A DNA stretch of 64,000 bases, from contig CAVYUU010000010.1 of NCBI GenBank assembly GCA_963771745.1, positions 139,501-203,500 of the forward strand. Reading direction: 5' to 3'. How positions within the stretch are numbered: the stretch's first letter is position 1; every line of letters begins with the position of its first letter. The DNA comes from an uncultured Alphaproteobacteria bacterium (lineage in GTDB: Bacteria; Pseudomonadota; Alphaproteobacteria; Rhizobiales; Xanthobacteraceae). The notes under the pieces were generated by a model. That model was not told the DNA's origin. It did not search any database and worked only from the letters and a program-made list of their open reading frames with translations. The translations under genes and the position numbers were made by a program. Positions 28,526-38,866 of the stretch are shown in pieces.

Positions 28526-29290
28526 TCAATTGCGGTAGCTTGGATCGATATTGTCGGCGATCCGCAGGAACGCCGGCCAGTCGGCCGAGCCGCGACCGGC
28601 ATCGTGGGTCTGGTATTGCGCGGCCGTGCTCTCGCAAATCTGCGAGGGGATTTCGATCAACTCGCCGCCGGTCGCCTCCATGCGGAGCTGGATGTCGGCG
28701 GCTTCGACCAGCGTCTTCATCAGCACGAACGCCTCGCGCGCGTTCTTGCCGACGGTGAGCAGGCCGTGGTTGTGCATGATCATGGCGCGGTTCTGGCCGA
28801 GGTCGCGGTTGATGCGGGCGCGCTCCTCGAAATCCTCGGTGATGCCCTCGTAGGCGTGATAGCCCATGCGGTTGTAGAACCGGATCGCCTGCTGCGACAC
28901 CATCCGCAGACCGTGCTTGAGGCCGGCGATCGCCATGCCGATCTCGGTGTGGATGTGGACGGCGCAATTGACGTCCGGCCGGCCCTTGAGCACGCCGCCG
29001 TGCAGCGTGAAGCCAGGCCGGTTGACGCCGGCCTTCTCGTCGAGGTCGTCGTTCATGTCGACCTTGCGGAGGTTGGAGGCGGTGACCTCGGTCCACAGCA
29101 GCTCGTGCTGCTTCATCAGGAACTTGCTCGGCTCGCCCGGCACGCGCATCGAGCAGTGATTGTAGATGACGTCGCCCCAGCCGTAGTGCGCGCAAAGCCG
29201 GTACACGGCCGCAAGGTCGGTGCGGGCCTGCCACTCCTCGGGCGCGATGCCGGTCGGGACGGACGTTTCGACTTTGGCGTGCTGGTTCAT
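28526..29290 (-). CDS. Class II aldolase/adducin family protein
   Basis: IYNHCSMRVP, GFTLHGG, CAVHIHT, MHNHGLL zinc-ligand motifs. Confidence 0.92.
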   Translation of the reverse strand: MNQHAKVETSVPTGIAPEEWQARTDLAAVYRLCAHYGWGDVIYNHCSMRVPGEPSKFLMKQHELLWTEVTASNLRKVDMNDDLDEKAGVNRPGFTLHGGVLKGRPDVNCAVHIHTEIGMAIAGLKHGLRMVSQQAIRFYNRMGYHAYEGITEDFEERARINRDLGQNRAMIMHNHGLLTVGKNAREAFVLMKTLVEAADIQLRMEATGGELIEIPSQICESTAAQYQTHDAGRGSADWPAFLRIADNIDPSYRN

Positions 29291-29586
29291 GGCCGGGTCT
29301 CCGATTTGACGGACAACCTATAGCACAGCCGGGACCAGTGGCGTCATTCCGGCCCAGCACAGCGTGCCCCGGAATGACGCAAGCATTGACCACCAGCGAG
29401 TGCTGCATTGCGCCAAAATGCGTCGGCTCCGGGCCCGCCGACATATCGTTGCGGCACATGCAACAGCCATGAAATGACCGCTCGATTGCGCACTGGCGCA
29501 TTGCTGGCACAGCGTCTGGACACTATCTGTTTGGCGATTCACAGCCCCTGGCACGCTCGCGTCGGCCGGGGCACACTGGACCCGCA

Positions 29587-32500
29587 ATGTCGCTCAATCA
29601 CGTCACGCTCGACGACAAATACGACCTGACCAAGAGCCGCGTGTTCGTCACCGGCTATCAGGCGCTGGTGCGGCTCGCGATGATGCAGCACGAGCGCGAC
29701 CGTCGCGCCGGGCTGAACACCGCGGGCTATGTCACCGGGTACCGCGGCTCGCCGCTTGGCGGCCTCGACTACCAGTTCCAGCGCGCGGCGCAGCATCTCG
29801 CCCCGCGCAACGTCCTGTTCCAGCCGGCGATCAATGAGGACCTGGCCGCGACTGCGCTGTGGGGCAGCCAGCAGGCCGAGCTGCGCGGCGAGGGCAAGTA
29901 CGACGGCGTGTTCGGCATCTGGTACGGCAAGGGACCGGGCGTCGATCGCTCCGGCGACGCCCTGCGCCACGCCAATTTCGCCGGCTCCTCCAAGCACGGC
30001 GGCGTGCTGGCGCTGATGGGCGACGACCACACCGCCGAATCGTCCACGACGGCGCATCAATCCGAGTTCAACTTCGTCGACGTGATGATCCCGATTCTCA
30101 ATCCCGCGGGGGTGCAGGAGATCATCGATTACGGGCTGTACGGCTTCGCGATGTCGCGCTTCACCGGCACCTGGGTCGGACTGAAGTGCATGCACGAGAC
30201 GGTCGAATCGACCGGAGTGGTCGATGGCTCGCTGGAGCGGCTCAACATCGTCATCCCGGGCCCGGACGAATTCCGCATGCCGGAGGGCGGCCTCAACATC
30301 CGCTTGGTCGACACCATCCTCGGCATGGAGGCGCGGCTGCACGACTACAAGCGCGACGCCATGCTCGCCTTCGTGCGCGCCAACAAGCTCAACAAGGTCA
30401 TCACTTCGGGCGGCCGCACACCCAAGATCGGCGTCATCACCACCGGCAAGAGCTATCTCGACGTGCGCCAGGCGCTCGACGAGCTCGGCATCGACGAGGT
30501 CAAGTGCAACGACTTCGGGCTCCGCATCGACAAGATCGCCTGCCCGTGGCCGATCAGCCAGCAGGAGCTGAAAAGCTTTGCCCAGGGCCTCGATCTGATC
30601 ATCGTGGTCGAGGAGAAGCGCTCGCTGATCGAGGTGCAGGTGCGCGAGGAGCTCTATGGCACCGCCAACCAGCCGGTCTGCATCGGCAAGAAGGATGAGC
30701 AGGGGCGCTGGTTGTTTCCGGTCAAGGGTGCGCTCGATCCGAACGAGGTGGCGATCTGCATCGGCGACCGCCTGTTGAAATACGTCACCGACGAGAACCT
30801 GAAGGGCCGCGTCGCGCGCCTGAAGGAGGCGCAACAACGGCTGGCGCAGACCGAGGACGTGGCGGTGCGCATCCCGTATTTCTGCTCAGGCTGCCCGCAC
30901 AACTCGTCGACCGTGGTGCCGGAGGGCTCGCGCGCCTATGCCGGCATCGGCTGCCATTACATGGCGCAGTGGATGGACCGCTCGACGCTCGGCTTCACCC
31001 AGATGGGCGGCGAGGGCGCCAACTGGATCGGCGAGGCGCCGTTCAGCAAGCGCCCGCATGTGTTCCAGAACATCGGCGACGGCACCTACAACCACTCCGG
31101 CTATATGGCGATCCGCGGCGCGATCGCCTCGGGCGTCAACATCACCTACAAGATTCTGTACAACGACGCCGTCGCCATGACCGGCGGCCAGATGCACGAC
31201 GGCGGGCTGACGGTTGACCAGATCGCGCGCCAGGTCGCCGCCGAAGGCGCCAGGCGCGTCGTCCTGGTGAGCGACGAGCCGAAGAAATATCCGGCCGGCA
31301 CCAAATGGCCCGAGGGCATCAGCTTTCACCATCGCGACGACCTGCAGGCGGTGCAGAAGGAGCTCACCGAAATTCCCGGCTGCACGGTGCTGATCTACGA
31401 CCAGACCTGCGCCGCCGAGAAGCGCCGCCGCCGCAAGCGCGGCCTGTTTCCCGATCCGGACAAGCGGGTGATCATCAACGAGCTGGTCTGCGAGGGCTGC
31501 GGCGACTGCGGCGTGCAGTCGAACTGCGTGTCGGTGCAGCCGCTGGAAACCGAGTTCGGGCGCAAGCGCACCATCGACCAATCGTCCTGCAACAAGGATT
31601 TCTCCTGCGTGAAGGGCTTCTGCCCGTCGTTCGTCACGGTGCACGGCGCCAAGCTGAAGAAGGGCGAGGGCATCGCGCGCGACCATGAGCGCGTGGCGCT
31701 GCCCGAACCGAACCGGCCGCGGATCGGCCAGACCTACAACATCATCATCACCGGCGTGGGCGGCACCGGCATCGTTACCATCGGCGGCATCCTCGGCATG
31801 GCGGCACATCTCGAAGGCAAGGGCACCGGCGTGATCGACATGGCCGGCCTCGCCCAGAAGGGCGGCGCGGTCTACAGCCACATGCGGATCGCCGAGCGGC
31901 CCGAGGACATCCACGCCATTCGCGTGGCGGCTGGCGGCGCCGATCTGGTGCTCGGCGGCGACATCGTGGTGGCCGGCAACAAGAAGGTGCTGTCGGCGGT
32001 GCAGCCCGGCAAGACCGCGATGATCATCAACACCAGCGAGTTCCTGCCCGGCGACTTCACCCGCAACGCCGATTTCTCGCTGCCGACCGAACGGCTCAAG
32101 CGCGCGATTTCCGGCGCGGCCGGCAAAGACCAGACGCATTTCGTCGACGCCTCGCGGCTGGCCACCGCGCTGTTCGGCTCGACGCTCGGCCAGAACATCT
32201 TCCTGGTCGGCTACGCCTACCAACTCGGCGCGCTGCCGCTCTCGGCGGATGCAATCGAGCAGGCGATCGCGCTCAACGGCGAGGCGGTGGCGATGAACCA
32301 CGCCGCGTTCTACTGGGGCCGGCGGGCGGCGCTGGATCCCGCCGCGGTCGAGGCGCTGGCCAAGCCCGCGCCCGAACAACGCGACGAGAACCGCCGGCTG
32401 TCGCAATCGTTCGAGGAGGCGGTCGAGCGGCGCGTGGTATTCCTTACCGCCTACCAAGACGCCGCCTATGCGGCGCGCTACCGCGCGCTGGTGGAACGGG

Positions 32501-33073
32501 CGAAGGCCGCCGAATCGGCACGAGCGCCGGGCAAATGCGGGCTCGCCGAGGCGGTGGCGCGCTATCTGTTCAAGCTGATGGCCTACAAGGACGAATACGA
32601 GGTGGCGCGGCTCTACACCGATGGCAATTTCCATCAAGCAGGTCGCGAGCGAGCTCGGCGGCGACAAGCTGCGGTTCGAATTTCATCTGGCGCCGCCGCT
32701 GCTCGCCAAGATCGATCCGACCACCGGCGTGCCGCGCAAGATCAGCTTCGGGCCGTGGATGATGGGCGCGTTCAAGCTCTTGGCGCGGCTGAAATTCCTG
32801 CGCGGCACGCCATTCGACATGTTCGGCTATTCGACCGAGCGCAGGACCGAACGCCAACTTGTTGCCGACTACGAAGCGCTGCTTGATGAAATCCTGTCCA
32901 AGCTCACGCCCGACAATCATCCGCTCGCGGTCGGGCTTGCCGCCATCCCGGAAAAAATCCGCGGCTTCGGCCACGTCAAGGCCCGTCATCTTGTCGCTGC
33001 CAAGGCCGACGAGGCCGCGCTGCTGGAGCAGTTCCGCTCCGGCAAGCCGCCCTTGCTCAAGGCCGCGGAATAA
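29587..33073 (+). CDS. Indolepyruvate:ferredoxin oxidoreductase family protein (fused single chain), frameshift at about 32630
   Basis: GYRGSPLGG, VVEEKR, PYFCSGCPHN, TPP motif GDGTYNHSG, ferredoxin CEGCGDC...C, GVGGTG, GLAQKGG, MAYKDEYEVARL; C-terminus IPEKIRGFGHVK in the shifted frame. Confidence 0.94.
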
Positions 33074-33079
33074 AGCTGC

Positions 33080-34066
33080 TCAATCGAACTTCACCGTCGC
33101 CTTGGCGCGCTCGAGATAGCCGCCCGCCACGTATTTCGACATGTCGAACGGCAGGTCGGCCGGCAGCAGGCCGGCCTTCTTCTGGGTCTCGAACACCTTG
33201 CGCAAGCCCGCCTCGGTGAAGACGAGGTCGCGAGTCAGCGTGCCGGTCCTGGTGTAGAAGTCCCAGGCGCGTAGCGCGTAGTCGGTCTTGATGTTGAGCT
33301 CGCGCGCCGCGATCTCGGCGGCCTCGGCGCGATGGCGATAGATCCAGTCGGTGGCGCGCAGCATCGCCCGCAGGAAGCCTTCGACCTTGACGGCATTGGC
33401 CGCAGCCCACTCGCCGTTGACGTTGTAGACCGTGAACTGCCATTCCGGCACGTAGTCGGCGGCGGCGCCGAGGTTGTTGAAGCCCAAGTCCTCGGCGACG
33501 AACGCCCACGGGATCGATTGCAGGCCGACGTCGATCTTGCCCTCGATCAGCAGATGGTGCCGCGCGCCGGCGCCGGCGGTCTGCATCACCTTGTAGTCGT
33601 CGGGATATTTCAGCCCGTGCTTGAGCCCGATCTCCTGCCAGTTCCAGAAGCTGCCCTCGGTCATCGTGAGAATGCCGACAGTGCCGCCCTTCAATTCCTC
33701 GACCGTTTTGAATTTCTTCTGGGTGATGATGAAATGGCTGAGCTTGCCGGAGTTGGCCGCGATCATGCGCAGCGGCCCGCCCTGCTCGACGTTCTGGATG
33801 ATGCCTTCCACCGACGACAGCACGACGTGCAGCTCGCCCTTCAGCAGGCCCGCCGCCTGGCCTTCGCCGCTCCTGATGAAGCGGATGTTGGCGTTGAGCC
33901 CCTCGTCGGCGAAATAGCCGTTCTGAATGGCAACGAACACCGGCTGCGGGAAGAACGTGCGGTCGATCAGCCCGACCTGGATGGTTTCGCGCGCGCGATT
34001 TTGCGCTTGCACTGGCATCGCGGCGAGCGACACCAACAGCACCCCGATCAGCGCCCTGTGTTTCAT
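33080..34066 (-). CDS. NMT1/THI5/SsuA-like ABC substrate-binding protein (exported)
   Basis: Signal peptide MKHRALIGVLLVSLAAMPVQA; VAIQNGYFADEGL, ELKGGTVG, LIEGKIDVG. ATG 34066 is best spaced from the AGGAGG in the upstream gene's last codons. Confidence 0.85.
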   Translation of the reverse strand: MKHRALIGVLLVSLAAMPVQAQNRARETIQVGLIDRTFFPQPVFVAIQNGYFADEGLNANIRFIRSGEGQAAGLLKGELHVVLSSVEGIIQNVEQGGPLRMIAANSGKLSHFIITQKKFKTVEELKGGTVGILTMTEGSFWNWQEIGLKHGLKYPDDYKVMQTAGAGARHHLLIEGKIDVGLQSIPWAFVAEDLGFNNLGAAADYVPEWQFTVYNVNGEWAAANAVKVEGFLRAMLRATDWIYRHRAEAAEIAARELNIKTDYALRAWDFYTRTGTLTRDLVFTEAGLRKVFETQKKAGLLPADLPFDMSKYVAGGYLERAKATVKFD

Positions 34067-34068
34067 GG

Positions 34069-34731
34069 TCACCCCTCCTGCAAAAATCCGATCGGTGCCG
34101 GCGTGCTGTCATCGAAGATTGCCGCGGTGAGCGGTCCGCCCATCACTGCGGCGGTGTCGATGTTCACGCGGTTTGTCCGCAGATCGGGCCGGCCGCCCTT
34201 CAGGGGCGTGTGGCCGTGCACGATGAAGCGGCCGTAATCGCGAGGATCGGACAGAAACGGCTCCCGCATCCAGAGCAGGTCGTGTCGGTCCTGGCGGTCC
34301 AGCGGCCGGGACGGATCGACGCCGGCATGAACGAAGAACCGCAGGCCATCGTCATGATGGGTCGCAAGCGCGCGCATCCAATCGACGTGGCCGGCAGGAA
34401 GTTCCGGTGGTGCCGTCACGCCATAGCTGCGCAGGGTCTTGTCGCCGCCGTTAAACACCACCCATTGGTCGATTTCGCGAGCGTCGTCGATCGCCGATAG
34501 CGCGAGATCCTCATGGTTGCCGCACAGGCAGATCACGTCTGCGGGCTGGCGGCGTTGCAAATCAATCAGATATTCAATGACGCCGCGGCCGTCCGGTCCC
34601 CGATCGATGTAGTCGCCGAGGAAGACGAACCTGGCCGCCTCGTCCTTGGCGTCGCTACGGCATCGCGCGACCAGCCCCGCGAGCTTTTTCAAGCAGCCAT
34701 GAATGTCACTCAGGGCGTAGGTCCGTGGCAT
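34069..34731 (-). CDS. PPP-family metallophosphoesterase (PphA/lambda-type Ser/Thr phosphatase-like)
   Basis: SDIHG, LGDYIDRGP, GNHE, FVHAG, VHGHTP, NIDT motifs. Confidence 0.92.
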   Translation of the reverse strand: MPRTYALSDIHGCLKKLAGLVARCRSDAKDEAARFVFLGDYIDRGPDGRGVIEYLIDLQRRQPADVICLCGNHEDLALSAIDDAREIDQWVVFNGGDKTLRSYGVTAPPELPAGHVDWMRALATHHDDGLRFFVHAGVDPSRPLDRQDRHDLLWMREPFLSDPRDYGRFIVHGHTPLKGGRPDLRTNRVNIDTAAVMGGPLTAAIFDDSTPAPIGFLQEG

Positions 34732-34788
34732 GCAAGCGCTCCCGAACTCCTCTCCGGCAGACGTGTTCGGCGTTCGGTGTATTCATGA

Positions 34789-35766
34789 TCATTGCGGCGT
34801 CATGTTGTGTGCGCGCACCACGTCGCCCCAGCGCTTGACCTCGCGCTTGAGCAGGCTCATCGCGGCCTCCGGCGTCTGTTCGGCCGGTGGATAGGCCTCC
34901 ATGCCATTCTTCTCGAATGCGTCGAGCACCTTGGGGTTGCGCAGCGCCTCGCGCAGCGCGGCGTTGAGCCGGTCGATCACCGGGCGCGGCGTGCCGGCCG
35001 GCGCGAACAGCGTCTGCCAGAACGGCAGGTCGAGCGTCCGGTAGCCGGTCTCGACGAAATGCGGCACCTCCGGCAGACCGCCGAAGCGCTTGTTGCCGAA
35101 CACCGCATAGCCCTTGAGCTTGCCGGCCTTGACCAGCTCCACCGCGACCGCGGCCGACAGGCAGGACAGGTCGGCGTGGCCGGCGACGACGTCGTTCAGC
35201 ACCGGGCCGCCGCCGCGATATGGAATTTGGTCGGCCTTGGCGCCGATCTCCTGCACAAACATTACGCCGCAGACGTGGCCGAACGAGCCAACGCCGGCGT
35301 GCGCCATTTTCGCGCTGGTGCCGGGCTCCTTCATCCAGCGAATCAGCTCGGGCAGCGAATTCGCCGGCAGCGTGGCTCGCCCGACCATGACGGTCGCCAT
35401 GTTGGCGACAATGCCGATGCCTTCGAAATCCTTTTCGGCGTCGAAGCTGAGCTTTGGATAGAGCGACATGCCGACCGCGAGCCCGGTCTGGTGGATCAGG
35501 ATAGTGTAGCCGTCGGGCGCCGCCCGCGCGACGCGGGCCGCGCCGATCGTGCCGCCGGCGCCGCCGACGTATTCGATGACGATCTGCTGGCCGAGCGTCT
35601 GCGACATGGCCTCGGCGATCGGCCGCGCCACTGCGTCGGTCGCGCCGCCCGGCGGGAAGGCGATCACCAACGTGATGGCGCGGGGCGGATAGGTCTGCGC
35701 GGCCGCCGCGCCCGCGGCGATCAAGCTGGCCGCGAGCAGGGCAGCGAACGCGCGCCCGCGCGTCAT
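34789..35766 (-). CDS. Bug/TctC substrate-binding protein
   Basis: YPPRAITLVIAFPPGGATD, GGAGG, APDGYTI, IPYRGGGP. Confidence 0.92.
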   Translation of the reverse strand: MTRGRAFAALLAASLIAAGAAAAQTYPPRAITLVIAFPPGGATDAVARPIAEAMSQTLGQQIVIEYVGGAGGTIGAARVARAAPDGYTILIHQTGLAVGMSLYPKLSFDAEKDFEGIGIVANMATVMVGRATLPANSLPELIRWMKEPGTSAKMAHAGVGSFGHVCGVMFVQEIGAKADQIPYRGGGPVLNDVVAGHADLSCLSAAVAVELVKAGKLKGYAVFGNKRFGGLPEVPHFVETGYRTLDLPFWQTLFAPAGTPRPVIDRLNAALREALRNPKVLDAFEKNGMEAYPPAEQTPEAAMSLLKREVKRWGDVVRAHNMTPQ

Positions 35767-35767
35767 G

Positions 35768-36757
35768 CTATTGCGCCGTGATGTTGTTGCTGCGGATCAC
35801 GTCGCCCCAAAGCTTGAGCTCGCTCTTGAGCAAGGCCGCCGCCGCCTCGGGCGTCATCCGATCGGGCGGGAACAGATCCATGCCGCCGTCGTCGAAGGTT
35901 TTTTTGACGCGCGCATCGGCCAGCGAATGGCGCAGGGCCGCGTTCAGCCGGTCGATGATCGGACGCGGCGTGCCGGCCGGCGCGAACAGCGCGTGCCAGA
36001 AGTCGATATCGAGCTTCTTGTAGCCGACCTCGCCCATGGTCGGCAGGTCGGGCAGGCCGGCGAACCGGGTGCGGCCGATGATGGCATAGGCCTTGAGCTT
36101 GCCGGCCTTGACCAGGGGACCGGCGACCACCGCCGATTGCGACATCAGGTCGCCGTGACCGGCGAGCAGGTCGTTGAGCGCCGGACCGGCGCCGCGATAC
36201 GGCACCTGCGTCACCGCCGCGCCGATCTCCTGGGCGACCAGCACGCCGGCGAGATGGCCGAACGAACCGACGCCGGGATGCGGGATCTTGGTGTTCTGCC
36301 CCGGCTCCTTCATCCAGCGCACCAGTTCCTGAATGTTGTTCGCAGGCAGGTCCGGGCGCGCCGCGAGCGTGGAAGCCGCGGTGTTGATCAGGCCGATGGT
36401 GACGAAATCCTTCTCGGCGTCGAACGTCAGGTTCTTGTACAGCGTCATGCCCGCCGCCATCGCGACCTGGTGGATCATGATGGTGTAGCCATCGGGCGCG
36501 GCGCGGGCCGCGCGGGCGGCGGCGATCATGCCGCCGGCGCCGCCGACGTTTTCCAGCACGATCGGCTGGCCGAGCGATTGCGACAGGCTGTCCTGCATGA
36601 TGCGGCCGATCGTGTCGGTCGCGCCGCCGGGCGGGTAGGGCACGATGATCGTGATCGGGCGGCTCGGATAGGTCTGCGCCGACGCCGCGCCGGTCAGCGC
36701 TCCCAACGTGACGAAAACCGCCGCGACGACGGATGCAAACGAGCGTGCGTGGGTCAT
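35768..36757 (-). CDS. Bug/TctC substrate-binding protein (tandem paralog of the previous gene)
   Basis: YPSRPITIIVPYPPGGATD, ENVGGAGG, APDGYTI, VPYRGAGPA; 1-nt gap to its paralog. Confidence 0.92.
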   Translation of the reverse strand: MTHARSFASVVAAVFVTLGALTGAASAQTYPSRPITIIVPYPPGGATDTIGRIMQDSLSQSLGQPIVLENVGGAGGMIAAARAARAAPDGYTIMIHQVAMAAGMTLYKNLTFDAEKDFVTIGLINTAASTLAARPDLPANNIQELVRWMKEPGQNTKIPHPGVGSFGHLAGVLVAQEIGAAVTQVPYRGAGPALNDLLAGHGDLMSQSAVVAGPLVKAGKLKAYAIIGRTRFAGLPDLPTMGEVGYKKLDIDFWHALFAPAGTPRPIIDRLNAALRHSLADARVKKTFDDGGMDLFPPDRMTPEAAAALLKSELKLWGDVIRSNNITAQ

Positions 36758-36852
36758 GGGTCACTCCCGGCTGGCCCGCCAGTCTAGACAATCCGTCCGC
36801 GCAACGGCCAGGGGCAAAGACGCTCCGCCGTCATTCCGGCCGAGCCAAAAGG

Positions 36853-38022
36853 CTAGAACGCCTCGGCCAGCTCCTTGGCGCCCGGCGCCTGCGAGGCGCG
36901 GTCCATCTTGCTTTCGATCGCCGCGAAAAGATTGGCGACCGTGCCGGTGCGCCGGGCGATCGGGTTGCGCTCGTAGCCGCCACGCTGGAAGAAATTCGAA
37001 GTCGGCACCTGCTCGCGCAGCTCCTGCGGCATCAGCACCATGTCGAAGCCGTTGCCATCGCCGGTGAAGTTCATCAGTTCGAGCTCGGCCGCGGTCAACG
37101 GCCGCGCATGACCTTTCATGCGTGCGAACAGCACGGAATTGAGCAGCTTCTGGGTCTGCAGCAGCGGGCCGAGGTCGCGGTCGAGCACGGCGGCGTGGAT
37201 GCCGATGCCGCCGCGCGTGGTCTTGGCGAGCTTGTCCTGGTGACTCCATGCCCTCGGCACGGTGCGGGCATAGGCGATCATCTTGTGCAGCGATGCGATC
37301 TTGCGCTCCATCGCGGCGCGCTCGGGCTCCTTGAGCGCGGCAGCAGCTTCACTCAGCGTGGCGACGAACCGGTCGCCGTGCTCGGCCAAGAGGCTCAAGG
37401 TGTTGGTGCTGAGCAACTGGTTGTAGCCCATCGCGGGCGAAATCGGCCGGCCATCCTTGCGACCGCCGGCGCCGACCAGGCCGGCCTGGCCGTCGTAGGT
37501 GCCGTTGCCACCGGTCTCGAACGAGTAGATGCGCACCGCCTGCTCGCGGGTGAGCCCGGCCGCGCTCGCGATCCGGGCGTAGGCCTGCTTGAACTCGGCC
37601 TCGGTTCGCGGCCGGTCCGGCACGAACTTGTATTGCTCGGCCGCCGCGGCGAGAAATTCCGCGACCGTCGGAATCGGCACTCGCGGCTCGGTCGGATGGC
37701 GGCGCGGCGGCCGGTAGCCGGGCGGCCGCGGCGGCCCGGTGTAGACCGGCGGCTGAGCCAGCACGTAATCGGCAAGCTCGACCGGCTGGTTGTTGCGGCG
37801 CTTGGCAACGCGCAGGCTGCGCTTCTCGGCAATCGACTTCCAATAGGCCGCGGCCTCGTCCTCAAAGGCCTGCCAGGCGTGCAGGTAGGCCGCGATCTTG
37901 GCCTTCTGGTGGGCGGCGGCCGCCGCCACGATCGCGGGCTTCGGAGCGGGGGCGGCGAGCGCCGCTTGTGCCGCGCCGAGCCAGACCGCCGCCAACAGCC
38001 ATTGCAGGGAATGTCGCATCAT
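36853..38022 (-). CDS. Secreted hypothetical protein, possible divergent lysozyme/lytic-transglycosylase fold
   Basis: Intact 389-aa ORF with high-GC3 codons; signal peptide ending AQAALA; Pro-rich linker; IYSFETGGNG...SPAMGYNQL. Confidence 0.75.
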   Translation of the reverse strand: MMRHSLQWLLAAVWLGAAQAALAAPAPKPAIVAAAAAHQKAKIAAYLHAWQAFEDEAAAYWKSIAEKRSLRVAKRRNNQPVELADYVLAQPPVYTGPPRPPGYRPPRRHPTEPRVPIPTVAEFLAAAAEQYKFVPDRPRTEAEFKQAYARIASAAGLTREQAVRIYSFETGGNGTYDGQAGLVGAGGRKDGRPISPAMGYNQLLSTNTLSLLAEHGDRFVATLSEAAAALKEPERAAMERKIASLHKMIAYARTVPRAWSHQDKLAKTTRGGIGIHAAVLDRDLGPLLQTQKLLNSVLFARMKGHARPLTAAELELMNFTGDGNGFDMVLMPQELREQVPTSNFFQRGGYERNPIARRTGTVANLFAAIESKMDRASQAPGAKELAEAF

Positions 38023-38178
38023 GGTTCCGCCGCAGTGCCATCGCTCGGGCCATGACTATCATGATTCCCGCCCGTCCGGACGGCTGGCAACGGTTCGCCG
38101 GGCGGCGGCGCCGTCCATCGATCGTGCTAGGATGGTCGCGCTGTCCGGTGGTTCCTTGGATGAAAGGAACGGTGTTCC

Positions 38179-38541
38179 ATGATCAGCCTCAATCACACCA
38201 TCGTGCCGGCGCGCGACAAGGTTGCCGCCGCCAAATTCTTCGCCCGGATCTTCGGGCTCAAGCGCGGGCGCACGAACCATTTTGCGCCGGTGCGCGTCAA
38301 CAAGGCGCTGACGCTGCTGTTTGACGACGACGACAAATTCGAGAGCCACCACTATGCGTTCCACGTCAGCGAGCGCGAATTCGACGCGATCTTTAACCGC
38401 GTGAAAAAGGCCGGGCTCCGCTATGGCAGTGCGCCCAGGAGCCTCGACGACGGCAAGCTCAACGACTGGGGCGGCGGCCGCGGCCTCTACTTCACGGACC
38501 CGGACGGCCACGTGCTCGAATTGATGACCGTGCCGCAATGA
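38179..38541 (+). CDS. VOC/glyoxalase family protein
   Basis: ISLNHTIVPARD, SHHYAFHV, GGRGLYFTDPDGHVLEL. Confidence 0.9.
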   Translation: MISLNHTIVPARDKVAAAKFFARIFGLKRGRTNHFAPVRVNKALTLLFDDDDKFESHHYAFHVSEREFDAIFNRVKKAGLRYGSAPRSLDDGKLNDWGGGRGLYFTDPDGHVLELMTVPQ

Positions 38542-38561
38542 CAGGGCCCCCCAGCGGGTCA

Positions 38562-38590
38562 TTGTAAAAGTAGCCACCGGTAGCTATATT
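38562..38590 (+). promoter_or_regulatory. Sigma70 promoter of the TA operon with overlapping palindromic operator
   Basis: TTGTAA (38562-38567), 17 nt, TATATT (38585-38590); imperfect palindrome GTAGCCACCGGTAGCTAT (38570-38587) fills the spacer. Confidence 0.7.
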
Positions 38591-38596
38591 TCGCCC

Positions 38597-38866
38597 GTGA
38601 CCACCGTTTCGATCAAACACGCCAAGGACAAACTGACCGCGCTCGCGCGCCGGGTCGAGAAGGGCGAGACCGTCACCGTGACTCGCAACGGCAAGCCGGT
38701 CTTCGATCTTGTGCCGCACAAGAAGAAAAAGGGCGGCTTGGATTTCGAGGCGGGCGAGGCCTATCTCCGCAAACGTGGGATCAAGCAAGCGTTCATATTT
38801 GTCGCGGAAGACTTCGATGATCCCCTGCCTGAGGACTTTCTGCTTCGACCGCTTCCCCGGCGATGA
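38597..38866 (+). CDS. Phd/YefM family antitoxin
   Basis: VSIKHAKDKLTALARRVEKGETVTVTRNGKPVFDLVP; acidic tail AEDFDDPLPEDF; ATGA overlap with the toxin. Confidence 0.9.
   Translation: MTTVSIKHAKDKLTALARRVEKGETVTVTRNGKPVFDLVPHKKKKGGLDFEAGEAYLRKRGIKQAFIFVAEDFDDPLPEDFLLRPLPRR

Noticed and set aside
29492-29512. Sigma54 promoter upstream of the IOR gene (TGGCGCATTGCTGGCA)
   Set aside because: GG-N10-GC spacing is present but the -12 element is TGGC rather than TTGC, and no activator site is evident; too weak to call.
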